Below, piece by piece: positions 39,872 through 50,545 of a stretch of 64,000 bases of DNA. This DNA comes from Lepidodermella squamata (lineage: Eukaryota > Animalia > Gastrotricha). Position numbers and translations under genes: made by a program. The notes under the pieces are model-generated. The model did not search any database. It saw only the letters and a program-made list of their open reading frames with translations, and was not told where the DNA came from. Location: positions 4,030,001 through 4,094,000 of the forward strand of contig JBLDXI010000003.1 in assembly GCA_047495785.1 (NCBI GenBank). Reading direction: 5' to 3'. The stretch's first letter is position 1, and each line of letters begins with the position of its first letter.

Positions 39872-40845
39872 ACCAAGAAAGGAAATAAGTGCTTCTCTTG
39901 TAGATTTTTCTGTTCGAAGATTCGAAATAGAATGCAATTCCTTAATACCTTGATTTTTCCTATTCTGGCGACCTTAGATCAGCGGTTCTCACGACTGGGC
40001 ATTTCCCGACCCTAAAAGTTGCTTTCAAGAAAATTGTGCGACCCTGGCGTTTAAATTTTGTGCTATATTACTCAAAATGACTAGTGATTTCAACCTAAAA
40101 ACGAGCGAAGCGAGGAAATTTCGAAGATTTTTCACTGAAAAACGCTTCAAAACCTGTTAAAATGTCTCGTGGCTCGTGAAAATTGAGTGATTTCTTCACT
40201 TTTATCTCACCACTCATCATTTATTTAGTTTTTTATATATTTTCGCCTTGCGACCCATGCGACCTGCTGTCCACCTAGCGACCCATCAGAAAAGCCTCTG
40301 CGACCCAATTTTGGGTCGCAAACCCCCTCATGAGAACCGCTGCCTTAGATCATGAAGATGAGGGTGGCGGTTGGCTTATTCCGAAATCGGAACGTTTAAT
40401 GAAAACCAATGAGCTGGCTGCGTATTTCATGGAAAATGCCCATGGTGCTGCCGAAAAATCTAGCTGTCGAAGTTGGGATGAGAACGAATTTCACGGAACG
40501 TGTTGATATCGATTTCAGTGTATTGCTGTTACGGTGGATGATATTCAGAAAAGCTTGTCAATGTTTATTGAGAGTGGCATCAATTGGTTGATTCCTTGCG
40601 ACCTAGGGTTTCGCTGATTGGGTCTACCGCATGTACCCAGAGAGTGTATTCTTTTGGAAAAATCTCAGCGATATGTGGTATCCGAAATGTACCCATTTGC
40701 CTTAATCGACTCTCGATTCCTCTTGAAAAGTGAGTTAATCTTTCAAATTGGGAGTGAAATTATTGTATTCTGTATGAATAGGCTGATTGAGAGGATAATG
40801 GCATTTCTGTTAGAAAAAACCCAGCCGGTGAAACCAAAAATGTAA
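39872..40845 (+). pseudogene. Decayed coding sequence of unknown family, interrupted by the hAT MITE and running into array unit 1
   Basis: Removing the MITE and one TSD restores a single frame (MQFLNTLIFPILATLD/HEDEGGGWLIPKSERL...TQPVKPKM*) of about 200 codons with only 2 internal TGA stops. Confidence 0.4.
39980..40342. mobile_element. Non-autonomous hAT (Charlie-like) MITE, 363 bp
   Basis: 12-bp perfect TIR cagcggttctca / tgagaaccgctg; 8-bp TSD ccttagat at 39972-39979 and 40343-40350; repeated subterminal gcgaccc motifs. Confidence 0.92.
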
Positions 40846-40922
40846 AAAATTATTTTATCAGTTTTTATTGCGAGCGTCATCGATTGCATTTCATTTATAG
40901 TTATTAATGTTGGCACACTTAC

Positions 40923-42755
40923 TTATTCAGACATTAGTTTATCGAATAGCTTCGGGCTACCAGGCCAAATAAGTGTCAACTCGGCAAGTCGTGACGGCCA
41001 CTGCTTGAAATGCTTCCGGCGCATGTTGCTGTCAAGGTGGCGGAAAAGCGTTGCAGGGAAAACGAGGGCTGCTTCTAGAGCATGGATTTTCATCAAAGCT
41101 TGATAGAATTCTTCCATTAAAGCGGATGCTCGAAATAGTCCTCGATCGGTAGTTGCGAGACCTGAGCAGAGGCTAGGAATGATGTGAAGGGCGACAGGAT
41201 TTAACTCTAAACATGGACGTATCCGGCATGCTTTCGCAAGTAATTCTTCCAAATGGCCCAAGTTTTGTTTTGAAAATTTCTTCGAGGCGGTTATCCTGTC
41301 AGCCGAGAGCTTGATCATGCTGAGAGCGGAAAGATTTGCGGCTGAATCTTTCCGATCCATTTCGCACAGGCGGCATCTGCATTCGAAGCCAAATTTCTCT
41401 CGCAGCGACTTTTCCCTTGTCTGGAAGTCTTCGAAAGGTGTACAGTAGTCCCACAAGAGTTGTTCGCCTTTTCGAACTTTGCGAGTTACGCGGACAAATA
41501 AAAAGCGGCCGATGAAAGTTCGGCAGCAATTTGTGTCTACGCAGCTGTGATTTATATAGCTCGGCATTATCCAAAGTCCACAGCCATAGTTTCCTTTGTT
41601 ATTAGCAATATACGTCTCCATTGAAAGAGAATTGTGGTTGACGATAGCAGCTAGGGTTTCAGCGCCTTCATCCGTAAAGGGATCTCTGCTTTTCGACTTG
41701 ATTTTCGCGCCACAATATAGCTTATAGAACTCCTCGGATATATCTGGTCGAGCGTCCAATTTTTCTATTACCGCTACAAGAAAATCTGCTGACTGACTCT
41801 CATCACACGCAGAGTGAGGCTGAGGGAAATAGTTGAAAGCTCGCTCTGCTATTACCAAAGTCCCAGGTTCAATATCGGTTGTTGCGACTAGGCCTCGCCC
41901 ATAACCATCAATTTCCTCGATTTGAAGCATATTGCTTGCAAAGTAGTTGGCATGGTTGCTCAGCATAGGATCGCTTTTAGCCTCGTCGATCATTTTCATT
42001 TCATCGAAATCTCCAGTAGTTGATTCTTTCAAGCCTCGCTCAGCCTGAGCCAAGAAAAGCTTTTCAAAACCTGGCTTCCCGCAGACGAGTTCGATACATT
42101 CTTGGTATCGATCAAGTTTCATCAGCGAGCTAGCTTTCCGCAATAGAAGCTTTGGATTGCTAGGATCGATTTCCAGCCCTATTTCAGCATCTTTCAAAGC
42201 TTGAATTGGTCGGTCCATTGCAAGGAAAGCCGCTGATTTGTTCACCAAGATTTTTACTATGGCGTCGTTGTCAGAATTTCCAGCTAGCTGTTGAGCTCTT
42301 TCGAAACAGGCTATCGCCAACTCGAATTCACTTGTTTTGTAGAAGCCAACGCCGAGTGAGTTGAAGTTGATTGCATCAATAGATCTATGCCATTCTATTC
42401 CTTCTAGAAATTTGTGATCGTCCGGAAGAATTACGATGTCTCTGGTAGATAGGCTAGCTTTAATAGCCATAGAACTGCCGATAGGTTCGATGCAGGGATT
42501 TAAAATCATCGCTTTGGCCCCAGGCTGGATTTTCTCAAAAAATCGACCTTTTAAATCAGTGATGACCAATCGAAATACGACGTTGCCATTCGCGTCATCA
42601 ACAAGAGTTGCGACTTGAAGAGGCTTGAAAGGATTCCTTGATCGCACTACAACACCAATGAATCTGACAATCAGCGATTTTTGAATAAAACTGAACCCTC
42701 TGGCTTGATAGCCGAGGTTTGCAATGCTCTGCAAGTCGATGCTAGTGCTCTCCAT
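40923..42755 (-). CDS. TPR + SET-domain protein lysine methyltransferase, 610 aa, intronless (copy 1, K353)
   Basis: TPR helices (NSLGVGFYKTSEFELAIACFERA; NKSAAFLAMDRPIQALKDAEIGLEIDPSNPKLLLRKA). SET motifs GYGRGLVA, YINHSC..N and GEQLLWDY; post-SET FECRCRLC. Confidence 0.9.
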   Translation of the reverse strand: MESTSIDLQSIANLGYQARGFSFIQKSLIVRFIGVVVRSRNPFKPLQVATLVDDANGNVVFRLVITDLKGRFFEKIQPGAKAMILNPCIEPIGSSMAIKASLSTRDIVILPDDHKFLEGIEWHRSIDAINFNSLGVGFYKTSEFELAIACFERAQQLAGNSDNDAIVKILVNKSAAFLAMDRPIQALKDAEIGLEIDPSNPKLLLRKASSLMKLDRYQECIELVCGKPGFEKLFLAQAERGLKESTTGDFDEMKMIDEAKSDPMLSNHANYFASNMLQIEEIDGYGRGLVATTDIEPGTLVIAERAFNYFPQPHSACDESQSADFLVAVIEKLDARPDISEEFYKLYCGAKIKSKSRDPFTDEGAETLAAIVNHNSLSMETYIANNKGNYGCGLWIMPSYINHSCVDTNCCRTFIGRFLFVRVTRKVRKGEQLLWDYCTPFEDFQTREKSLREKFGFECRCRLCEMDRKDSAANLSALSMIKLSADRITASKKFSKQNLGHLEELLAKACRIRPCLELNPVALHIIPSLCSGLATTDRGLFRASALMEEFYQALMKIHALEAALVFPATLFRHLDSNMRRKHFKQWPSRLAELTLIWPGSPKLFDKLMSE

Positions 42756-43520
42756 TTTTTCAAATGTAAATTGAAGTGGCGAGTCGCGCTGCTTTTACAC
42801 GCAACTGGCGTGACTCATCTTACAAAATACGTCCAAAATGAATAATATACTCATTGATAAAGCACACGTTATTCTGTTTATTTCCCAAAGATAAGAAGGA
42901 ATAATTCCTAGGAAATCTGCTCTGCTGAGCACTTTGCCCATATCATTCCTTTTTGGGTCACTTCGGTTAGACTTGATGCAGAAATTGCCAAGCAGCATTG
43001 CTGGAAAGTATTTGCAGATTCGAATGTCTTGTTTTAGAAGAACAAATTTCCCAAATTCAATTGAAGAGAAGAAATTCAAGAATTTATTACCTCAGATGCA
43101 TTAGCGACCGCCAACGGAAAATTGATGCAGGAACGAGGGGAGCCACTTGCCACATAAGGACCGGGTGTTTTATTGACGAAGCAAACGCCCTGAACAGCAT
43201 TGTCTTTTCCCGCCATTCTAACGCATGTACCCAGAGAGCGTGTGTATTCTTTTGGAAAAATCTCAGCGATATGTGGTATCCGAAATGTACCCATTTGCCT
43301 TAATCGACTCTCGATTCCTCTTGAAAAGTGAGTTAATCTTTCAAATTGGGAGTGAAATTATTGTATTCTGTATGAATAGGCTGATTGAGAGGATAATGGC
43401 ATTTCTGTTAGAAAAAACCCAGCCGGTGAAACCAAAAATGTAAAAAATTATTTTATCAGTTTTTATTGCGAGCGTCATCGATTGCATTTCATTTATAGTT
43501 ATTAATGTTGGCACACTTAC

Positions 43521-45353
43521 TTATTCAGACATTAGTTTATCGAATAGCTTCGGGCTACCAGGCCAAATAAGTGTCAACTCGGCAAGTCGTGACGGCCACT
43601 GCTTGAAATGCTTCCGGCGCATGTTGCTGTCAAGGTGGCGGAAAAGCGTTGCAGGGAAAACGAGGGCTGCTTCTAGAGCATGGATTTTCATCAAAGCTTG
43701 ATAGAATTCTTCCATTAAAGCGGATGCTCGAAATAGTCCTCGATCGGTAGTTGCGAGACCTGAGCAGAGGCTAGGAATGATGTGAAGGGCGACAGGATTT
43801 AACTCTAAACATGGACGTATCCGGCATGCTTTCGCAAGTAATTCTTCCAAATGGCCCAAGTTTTGTTTTGAAAATTTCTTCGAGGCGGTTATCCTGTCAG
43901 CCGAGAGCTTGATCATGCTGAGAGCGGAAAGATTTGCGGCTGAATCTTTCCGATCCATTTCGCACAGGCGGCATCTGCATTCGAAGCCAAATTTCTCTCG
44001 CAGCGACTTTTCCCTTGTCTGGAAGTCTTCGAAAGGTGTACAGTAGTCCCACAAGAGTTGTTCGCCTTTTCGAACTTTGCGAGTTACGCGGACAAATAAA
44101 AAGCGGCCGATGAAAGTTCGGCAGCAATTTGTGTCTACGCAGCTGTGATTTATATAGCTCGGCATTATCCAAAGTCCACAGCCATAGTTTCCTTTGTTAT
44201 TAGCAATATACGTCTCCATTGAAAGAGAATTGTGGTTGACGATAGCAGCTAGGGTTTCAGCGCCTTCATCCGTAAAGGGATCTCTGCTTTTCGACTTGAT
44301 TTTCGCGCCACAATATAGCTTATAGAACTCCTCGGATATATCTGGTCGAGCGTCCAATTTTTCTATTACCGCTACAAGAAAATCTGCTGACTGACTCTCA
44401 TCACACGCAGAGTGAGGCTGAGGGAAATAGTTGAAAGCTCGCTCTGCTATTACCAAAGTCCCAGGTTCAATATCGGTTGTTGCGACTAGGCCTCGCCCAT
44501 AACCATCAATTTCCTCGATTTGAAGCATATTGCTTGCAAAGTAGTTGGCATGGTTGCTCAGCATAGGATCGCTTTTAGCCTCGTCGATCATTTTCATTTC
44601 ATCGAAATCTCCAGTAGTTGATTCTTTCAAGCCTCGCTCAGCCTGAGCCAAGAAAAGCTTTTCAAAACCTGGCTTCCCGCAGACGAGTTCGATACATTCT
44701 TGGTATCGATCAAGTTTCATCAGCGAGCTAGCTTTCCGCAATAGAAGCTTTGGATTGCTAGGATCGATTTCCAGCCCTATTTCAGCATCTTTCAAAGCTT
44801 GAATTGGTCGGTCCATTGCAAGGAAAGCCGCTGATTTGTTCACCAAGATTTTTACTATGGCGTCGTTGTCAGAATTTCCAGCTAGCTGTTGAGCTCTTTC
44901 GAAACAGGCTATCGCCAACTCGAATTCACTTGTTTTGTAGAAGCCAACGCCGAGTGAGTTGAAGTTGATTGCATCAATAGATCTATGCCATTCTATTCCT
45001 TCTAGAAATTTGTGATCGTCCGGAAGAATTACGATGTCTCTGGTAGATAGGCTAGCTTTAATAGCCATAGAACTGCCGATAGGTTCGATGCAGGGATTTA
45101 AAATCATCGCTTTGGCCCCAGGCTGGATTTTCTCAAAAAATCGACCTTTTAAATCAGTGATGACCAATCGAAATACGACGTTGCCATTCGCGTCATCAAC
45201 AAGAGTTGCGACTTGAAGAGGCTTGAAAGGATTCCTTGATCGCACTACAACACCAATGAATCTGACAATCAGCGATTTTTGAATAAAACTGAACCCTCTG
45301 GCTTGATAGCCGAGGTTTGCAATGCTCTGCAAGTCGATGCTAGTGCTCTCCAT
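43521..45353 (-). CDS. TPR + SET-domain methyltransferase (copy 2, K353)
   Basis: Protein identical to copy 1. Confidence 0.9.
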   Translation of the reverse strand: MESTSIDLQSIANLGYQARGFSFIQKSLIVRFIGVVVRSRNPFKPLQVATLVDDANGNVVFRLVITDLKGRFFEKIQPGAKAMILNPCIEPIGSSMAIKASLSTRDIVILPDDHKFLEGIEWHRSIDAINFNSLGVGFYKTSEFELAIACFERAQQLAGNSDNDAIVKILVNKSAAFLAMDRPIQALKDAEIGLEIDPSNPKLLLRKASSLMKLDRYQECIELVCGKPGFEKLFLAQAERGLKESTTGDFDEMKMIDEAKSDPMLSNHANYFASNMLQIEEIDGYGRGLVATTDIEPGTLVIAERAFNYFPQPHSACDESQSADFLVAVIEKLDARPDISEEFYKLYCGAKIKSKSRDPFTDEGAETLAAIVNHNSLSMETYIANNKGNYGCGLWIMPSYINHSCVDTNCCRTFIGRFLFVRVTRKVRKGEQLLWDYCTPFEDFQTREKSLREKFGFECRCRLCEMDRKDSAANLSALSMIKLSADRITASKKFSKQNLGHLEELLAKACRIRPCLELNPVALHIIPSLCSGLATTDRGLFRASALMEEFYQALMKIHALEAALVFPATLFRHLDSNMRRKHFKQWPSRLAELTLIWPGSPKLFDKLMSE

Positions 45354-46118
45354 TTTTTCAAATGTAAATTGAAGTGGCGAGTCGCGCTGCTTTTACACGC
45401 AACTGGCGTGACTCATCTTACAAAATACGTCCAAAATGAATAATATACTCATTGATAAAGCACACGTTATTCTGTTTATTTCCCAAAGATAAGAAGGAAT
45501 AATTCCTAGGAAATCTGCTCTGCTGAGCACTTTGCCCATATCATTCCTTTTTGGGTCACTTCGGTTAGACTTGATGCAGAAATTGCCAAGCAGCATTGCT
45601 GGAAAGTATTTGCAGATTCGAATGTCTTGTTTTAGAAGAACAAATTTCCCAAATTCAATTGAAGAGAAGAAATTCAAGAATTTATTACCTCAGATGCATT
45701 AGCGACCGCCAACGGAAAATTGATGCAGGAACGAGGGGAGCCACTTGCCACATAAGGACCGGGTGTTTTATTGACGAAGCAAACGCCCTGAACAGCATTG
45801 TCTTTTCCCGCCATTCTAACGCATGTACCCAGAGAGCGTGTGTATTCTTTTGGAAAAATCTCAGCGATATGTGGTATCCGAAATGTACCCATTTGCCTTA
45901 ATCGACTCTCGCATCCTCTTGAAAAGTGAGTTAATCTTCCAAATTGGGAGTGAAATTATTGTATTCTGTATGAATAGGCTGATTGAGAGGATAATGGCAT
46001 TTCTGTTAGAAAAAACCCAGCCGGTGAAACCAAAAATGTAAAAAATTATTTTATCAGTTTTTATTGCGAGCGTCATCGATTGCATTTCATTTATAGTTAT
46101 TAATGTTGGCACACTTAC

Positions 46119-47951
46119 TTATTCAGACATTAGTTTATCGAATAGCTTCGGGCTACCAGGCCAAATAAGTGTCAACTCGGCAAGTCGTGACGGCCACTGC
46201 TTGAAATGCTTCCGGCGCATGTTGCTGTCAAGGTGGCGGAAAAGCGTTGCAGGGAAAACGAGGGCTGCTTCTAGAGCATGGATTTTCATCAAAGCTTGAT
46301 AGAATTCTTCCATTAAAGCGGATGCTCGAAATAGTCCTCGATCGGTAGTTGCGAGACCTGAGCAGAGGCTAGGAATGATGTGAAGGGCGACAGGATTTAA
46401 CTCTAAACATGGACGTATCCGGCATGCTTTCGCAAGTAATTCTTCCAAATGGCCCAAGTTTTGTTTTGAAAATTTCTTCGAGGCGGTTATCCTGTCAGCC
46501 GAGAGCTTGATCATGCTGAGAGCGGAAAGATTTGCGGCTGAATCTTTCCGATCCATTTCGCACAGGCGGCATCTGCATTCGAAGCCAAATTTCTCTCGCA
46601 GCGACTTTTCCCTTGTCTGGAAGTCTTCGAAAGGTGTACAGTAGTCCCACAAGAGTTGTTCGCCTTTTCGAACTTTGCGAGTTACGCGGACAAATAAAAA
46701 GCGGCCGATGAAAGTTCGGCAGCAATTTGTGTCTACGCAGCTGTGATTTATATAGCTCGGCATTATCCAAAGTCCACAGCCATAGTTTCCTTTGTTATTA
46801 GCAATATACGTCTCCATTGAAAGAGAATTGTGGTTGACGATAGCAGCTAGGGTTTCAGCGCCTTCATCCGTAAAGGGATCTCTGCTTTTCGACTCGATTT
46901 TCGCGCCACAATATAGCTTATAGAACTCCTCGGATATATCTGGTCGAGCGTCCAATTTTTCTATTACCGCTACAAGAAAATCTGCTGACTGACTCTCATC
47001 ACACGCAGAGTGAGGCTGAGGGAAATAGTTGAAAGCTCGCTCTGCTATTACCAAAGTCCCAGGTTCAATATCGGTTGTTGCGACTAGGCCTCGCCCATAA
47101 CCATCAATTTCCTCGATTTGAAGCATATTGCTTGCAAAGTAGTTGGCATGGTTGCTCAGCATAGGATCGCTTTTAGCCTCGTCGATCATTTTCATTTCAT
47201 CGAAATCTCCAGTAGTTGATTCTTTCAAGCCTCGCTCAGCCTGAGCCAAGAAAAGCTTTTCAAAACCTGGCTTCCCGCAGACGAGTTCGATACATTCTTG
47301 GTATCGATCAAGTTTCATCAGCGAGCTAGCTTTCCGCAATAGAAGCTTTGGATTGCTAGGATCGATTTCCAGCCCTATTTCAGCATCTTTCAAAGCTTGA
47401 ATTGGTCGGTCCATTGCAAGGAAAGCCGCTGATTTGTTCACCAAGATTTTTACTATGGCGTCGTTGTCAGAATTTCCAGCTAGCTGTTGAGCTCTTTCGA
47501 AACAGGCTATCGCCAACTCGAATTCACTTGTTTTGTAGAAGCCAACGCCGAGTGAGTTGAAGTTGATTGCATCAATAGATCTATGCCATTCTATTCCTTC
47601 TAGAAATTTGTGATCGTCCGGAAGAATTACGATGTCTCTGGTAGATAGGCTAGCTTTAATAGCCATAGAACTGCCGATAGGTTCGATGCAGGGATTTAAA
47701 ATCATCGCTTTGGCCCCAGGCTGGATTTTCTCAAAAAATCGACCTTTTAAATCAGTGATGACCAATCGAAATACGACGTTGCCATTCGCGTCATCAACAA
47801 GAGTTGCGACTTGAAGAGGCTTGAAAGGATTCCTTGATCGCACTACAACACCAATGAATCTGACAATCAGCGATTTTTGAATAAAACTGAACCCTCTGGC
47901 TTGATAGCCGAGGTTTGCAATGCTCTGCAAGTCGATGCTAGTGCTCTCCAT
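46119..47951 (-). CDS. TPR + SET-domain methyltransferase (copy 3, E353)
   Basis: Same ORF with K353E. Confidence 0.9.
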   Translation of the reverse strand: MESTSIDLQSIANLGYQARGFSFIQKSLIVRFIGVVVRSRNPFKPLQVATLVDDANGNVVFRLVITDLKGRFFEKIQPGAKAMILNPCIEPIGSSMAIKASLSTRDIVILPDDHKFLEGIEWHRSIDAINFNSLGVGFYKTSEFELAIACFERAQQLAGNSDNDAIVKILVNKSAAFLAMDRPIQALKDAEIGLEIDPSNPKLLLRKASSLMKLDRYQECIELVCGKPGFEKLFLAQAERGLKESTTGDFDEMKMIDEAKSDPMLSNHANYFASNMLQIEEIDGYGRGLVATTDIEPGTLVIAERAFNYFPQPHSACDESQSADFLVAVIEKLDARPDISEEFYKLYCGAKIESKSRDPFTDEGAETLAAIVNHNSLSMETYIANNKGNYGCGLWIMPSYINHSCVDTNCCRTFIGRFLFVRVTRKVRKGEQLLWDYCTPFEDFQTREKSLREKFGFECRCRLCEMDRKDSAANLSALSMIKLSADRITASKKFSKQNLGHLEELLAKACRIRPCLELNPVALHIIPSLCSGLATTDRGLFRASALMEEFYQALMKIHALEAALVFPATLFRHLDSNMRRKHFKQWPSRLAELTLIWPGSPKLFDKLMSE

Positions 47952-48712
47952 TTTTTCAAATGTAAATTGAAGTGGCGAGTCGCGCTGCTTTTACACGCAA
48001 CTGGCGTGACTCATCTTACAAAATACGTCCAAAATGAATAATATACTCATTGATAAAGCACACGTTATTCTGTTTATTTCCCAAAGATAAGAAGGAATAA
48101 TTCCTAGGAAATCTGCTCTGCTGAGCACTTTGCCCATATCATTCCTTTTTGGGTCACTTCGGTTAGACTTGATGCAGAAATTGCCAAGCAGCATTGCTGG
48201 AAAGTATTTGCAGATTCGAATGTCTTGTTTTAGAAGAACAAATTTCCCAAATTCAATTGAAGAGAAGAAATTCAAGAATTTATTACCTCAGATGCATTAG
48301 CGACCGCCAACGGAAAATTGATGCAGGAACGAGGGGAGCCACTTGCCACATAAGGACCGGGTGTTTTATTGACGAAGCAAACGCCCTGAACAGCATTGTC
48401 TTTTCCCGCCATTCTAACGCATGTACCCAGAGAGCGTGTGTATTCTTTTGGAAAAATCTCAGCGATATGTGGTATCCGAAATGTACCCATTTGCCTTAAT
48501 CGACTCTCGCATCCTCTTGAAAAGTGAGTTAATCTTCCAAATTGGGAGTGAAATTATTGTATTCTGTATGAATAGGCTGATTGAGAGGATAATGGCATTT
48601 CTGTTAGAAAAAACCCAGCCGGTGAAACCAAAAATGTAAAAAATTATTTTATCAGTTTTTATTGCGAGCGTCATCGATTGCATTTCCTTTATAGTTATTA
48701 ATGTTGGCACAC

Positions 48713-50545
48713 TTATTCAGACATTAGTTTATCGAATAGCTTCGGGCTACCAGGCCAAATAAGTGTCAACTCGGCAAGTCGTGACGGCCACTGCTTGAAA
48801 TGCTTCCGGCGCATGTTGCTGTCAAGGTGGCGGAAAAGCGTTGCAGGGAAAACGAGGGCTGCTTCTAGAGCATGGATTTTCATCAAAGCTTGATAGAATT
48901 CTTCCATTAAAGCGGATGCTCGAAATAGTCCTCGATCGGTAGTTGCGAGACCTGAGCAGAGGCTAGGAATGATGTGAAGGGCGACAGGATTTAACTCTAA
49001 ACATGGACGTATCCGGCATGCTTTCGCAAGTAATTCTTCCAAATGGCCCAAGTTTTGTTTTGAAAATTTCTTCGAGGCGGTTATCCTGTCAGCCGAGAGC
49101 TTGATCATGCTGAGAGCGGAAAGATTTGCGGCTGAATCTTTCCGATCCATTTCGCACAGGCGGCATCTGCATTCGAAGCCAAATTTCTCTCGCAGCGACT
49201 TTTCCCTTGTCTGGAAGTCTTCGAAAGGTGTACAGTAGTCCCACAAGAGTTGTTCGCCTTTTCGAACTTTGCGAGTTACGCGGACAAATAAAAAGCGGCC
49301 GATGAAAGTTCGGCAGCAATTTGTGTCTACGCAGCTGTGATTTATATAGCTCGGCATTATCCAAAGTCCACAGCCATAGTTTCCTTTGTTATTAGCAATA
49401 TACGTCTCCATTGAAAGAGAATTGTGGTTGACGATAGCAGCTAGGGTTTCAGCGCCTTCATCCGTAAAGGGATCTCTGCTTTTCGACTCGATTTTCGCGC
49501 CACAATATAGCTTATAGAACTCCTCGGATATATCTGGTCGAGCGTCCAATTTTTCTATTACCGCTACAAGAAAATCTGCTGACTGACTCTCATCACACGC
49601 AGAGTGAGGCTGAGGGAAATAGTTGAAAGCTCGCTCTGCTATTACCAAAGTCCCAGGTTCAATATCGGTTGTTGCGACTAGGCCTCGCCCATAACCATCA
49701 ATTTCCTCGATTTGAAGCATATTGCTTGCAAAGTAGTTGGCATGGTTGCTCAGCATAGGATCGCTTTTAGCCTCGTCGATCATTTTCATTTCATCGAAAT
49801 CTCCAGTAGTTGATTCTTTCAAGCCTCGCTCAGCCTGAGCCAAGAAAAGCTTTTCAAAACCTGGCTTCCCGCAGACGAGTTCGATACATTCTTGGTATCG
49901 ATCAAGTTTCATCAGCGAGCTAGCTTTCCGCAATAGAAGCTTTGGATTGCTAGGATCGATTTCCAGCCCTATTTCAGCATCTTTCAAAGCTTGAATTGGT
50001 CGGTCCATTGCAAGGAAAGCCGCTGATTTGTTCACCAAGATTTTTACTATGGCGTCGTTGTCAGAATTTCCAGCTAGCTGTTGAGCTCTTTCGAAACAGG
50101 CTATCGCCAACTCGAATTCACTTGTTTTGTAGAAGCCAACGCCGAGTGAGTTGAAGTTGATTGCATCAATAGATCTATGCCATTCTATTCCTTCTAGAAA
50201 TTTGTGATCGTCCGGAAGAATTACGATGTCTCTGGTAGATAGGCTAGCTTTAATAGCCATAGAACTGCCGATAGGTTCGATGCAGGGATTTAAAATCATC
50301 GCTTTGGCCCCAGGCTGGATTTTCTCAAAAAATCGACCTTTTAAATCAGTGATGACCAATCGAAATACGACGTTGCCATTCGCGTCATCAACAAGAGTTG
50401 CGACTTGAAGAGGCTTGAAAGGATTCCTTGATCGCACTACAACACCAATGAATCTGACAATCAGCGATTTTTGAATAAAACTGAACCCTCTGGCTTGATA
50501 GCCGAGGTTTGCAATGCTCTGCAAGTCGATGCTAGTGCTCTCCAT
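48713..50545 (-). CDS. TPR + SET-domain methyltransferase (copy 4, E353)
   Basis: Same 610-aa ORF. Confidence 0.9.
   Translation of the reverse strand: MESTSIDLQSIANLGYQARGFSFIQKSLIVRFIGVVVRSRNPFKPLQVATLVDDANGNVVFRLVITDLKGRFFEKIQPGAKAMILNPCIEPIGSSMAIKASLSTRDIVILPDDHKFLEGIEWHRSIDAINFNSLGVGFYKTSEFELAIACFERAQQLAGNSDNDAIVKILVNKSAAFLAMDRPIQALKDAEIGLEIDPSNPKLLLRKASSLMKLDRYQECIELVCGKPGFEKLFLAQAERGLKESTTGDFDEMKMIDEAKSDPMLSNHANYFASNMLQIEEIDGYGRGLVATTDIEPGTLVIAERAFNYFPQPHSACDESQSADFLVAVIEKLDARPDISEEFYKLYCGAKIESKSRDPFTDEGAETLAAIVNHNSLSMETYIANNKGNYGCGLWIMPSYINHSCVDTNCCRTFIGRFLFVRVTRKVRKGEQLLWDYCTPFEDFQTREKSLREKFGFECRCRLCEMDRKDSAANLSALSMIKLSADRITASKKFSKQNLGHLEELLAKACRIRPCLELNPVALHIIPSLCSGLATTDRGLFRASALMEEFYQALMKIHALEAALVFPATLFRHLDSNMRRKHFKQWPSRLAELTLIWPGSPKLFDKLMSE

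Noticed and set aside
40590-40650. Helitron-type 3' end (weak hairpin then CTAG on the minus strand) explaining rolling-circle amplification
   Set aside because: The hairpin is weak, CTAG is not followed by T, and the motif lies outside the repeated unit.
42795-43443. Small ORFs (60-101 aa) repeated in every array unit
   Set aside because: They recur only because the unit is duplicated, overlap each other on both strands, and show no recognisable domains.
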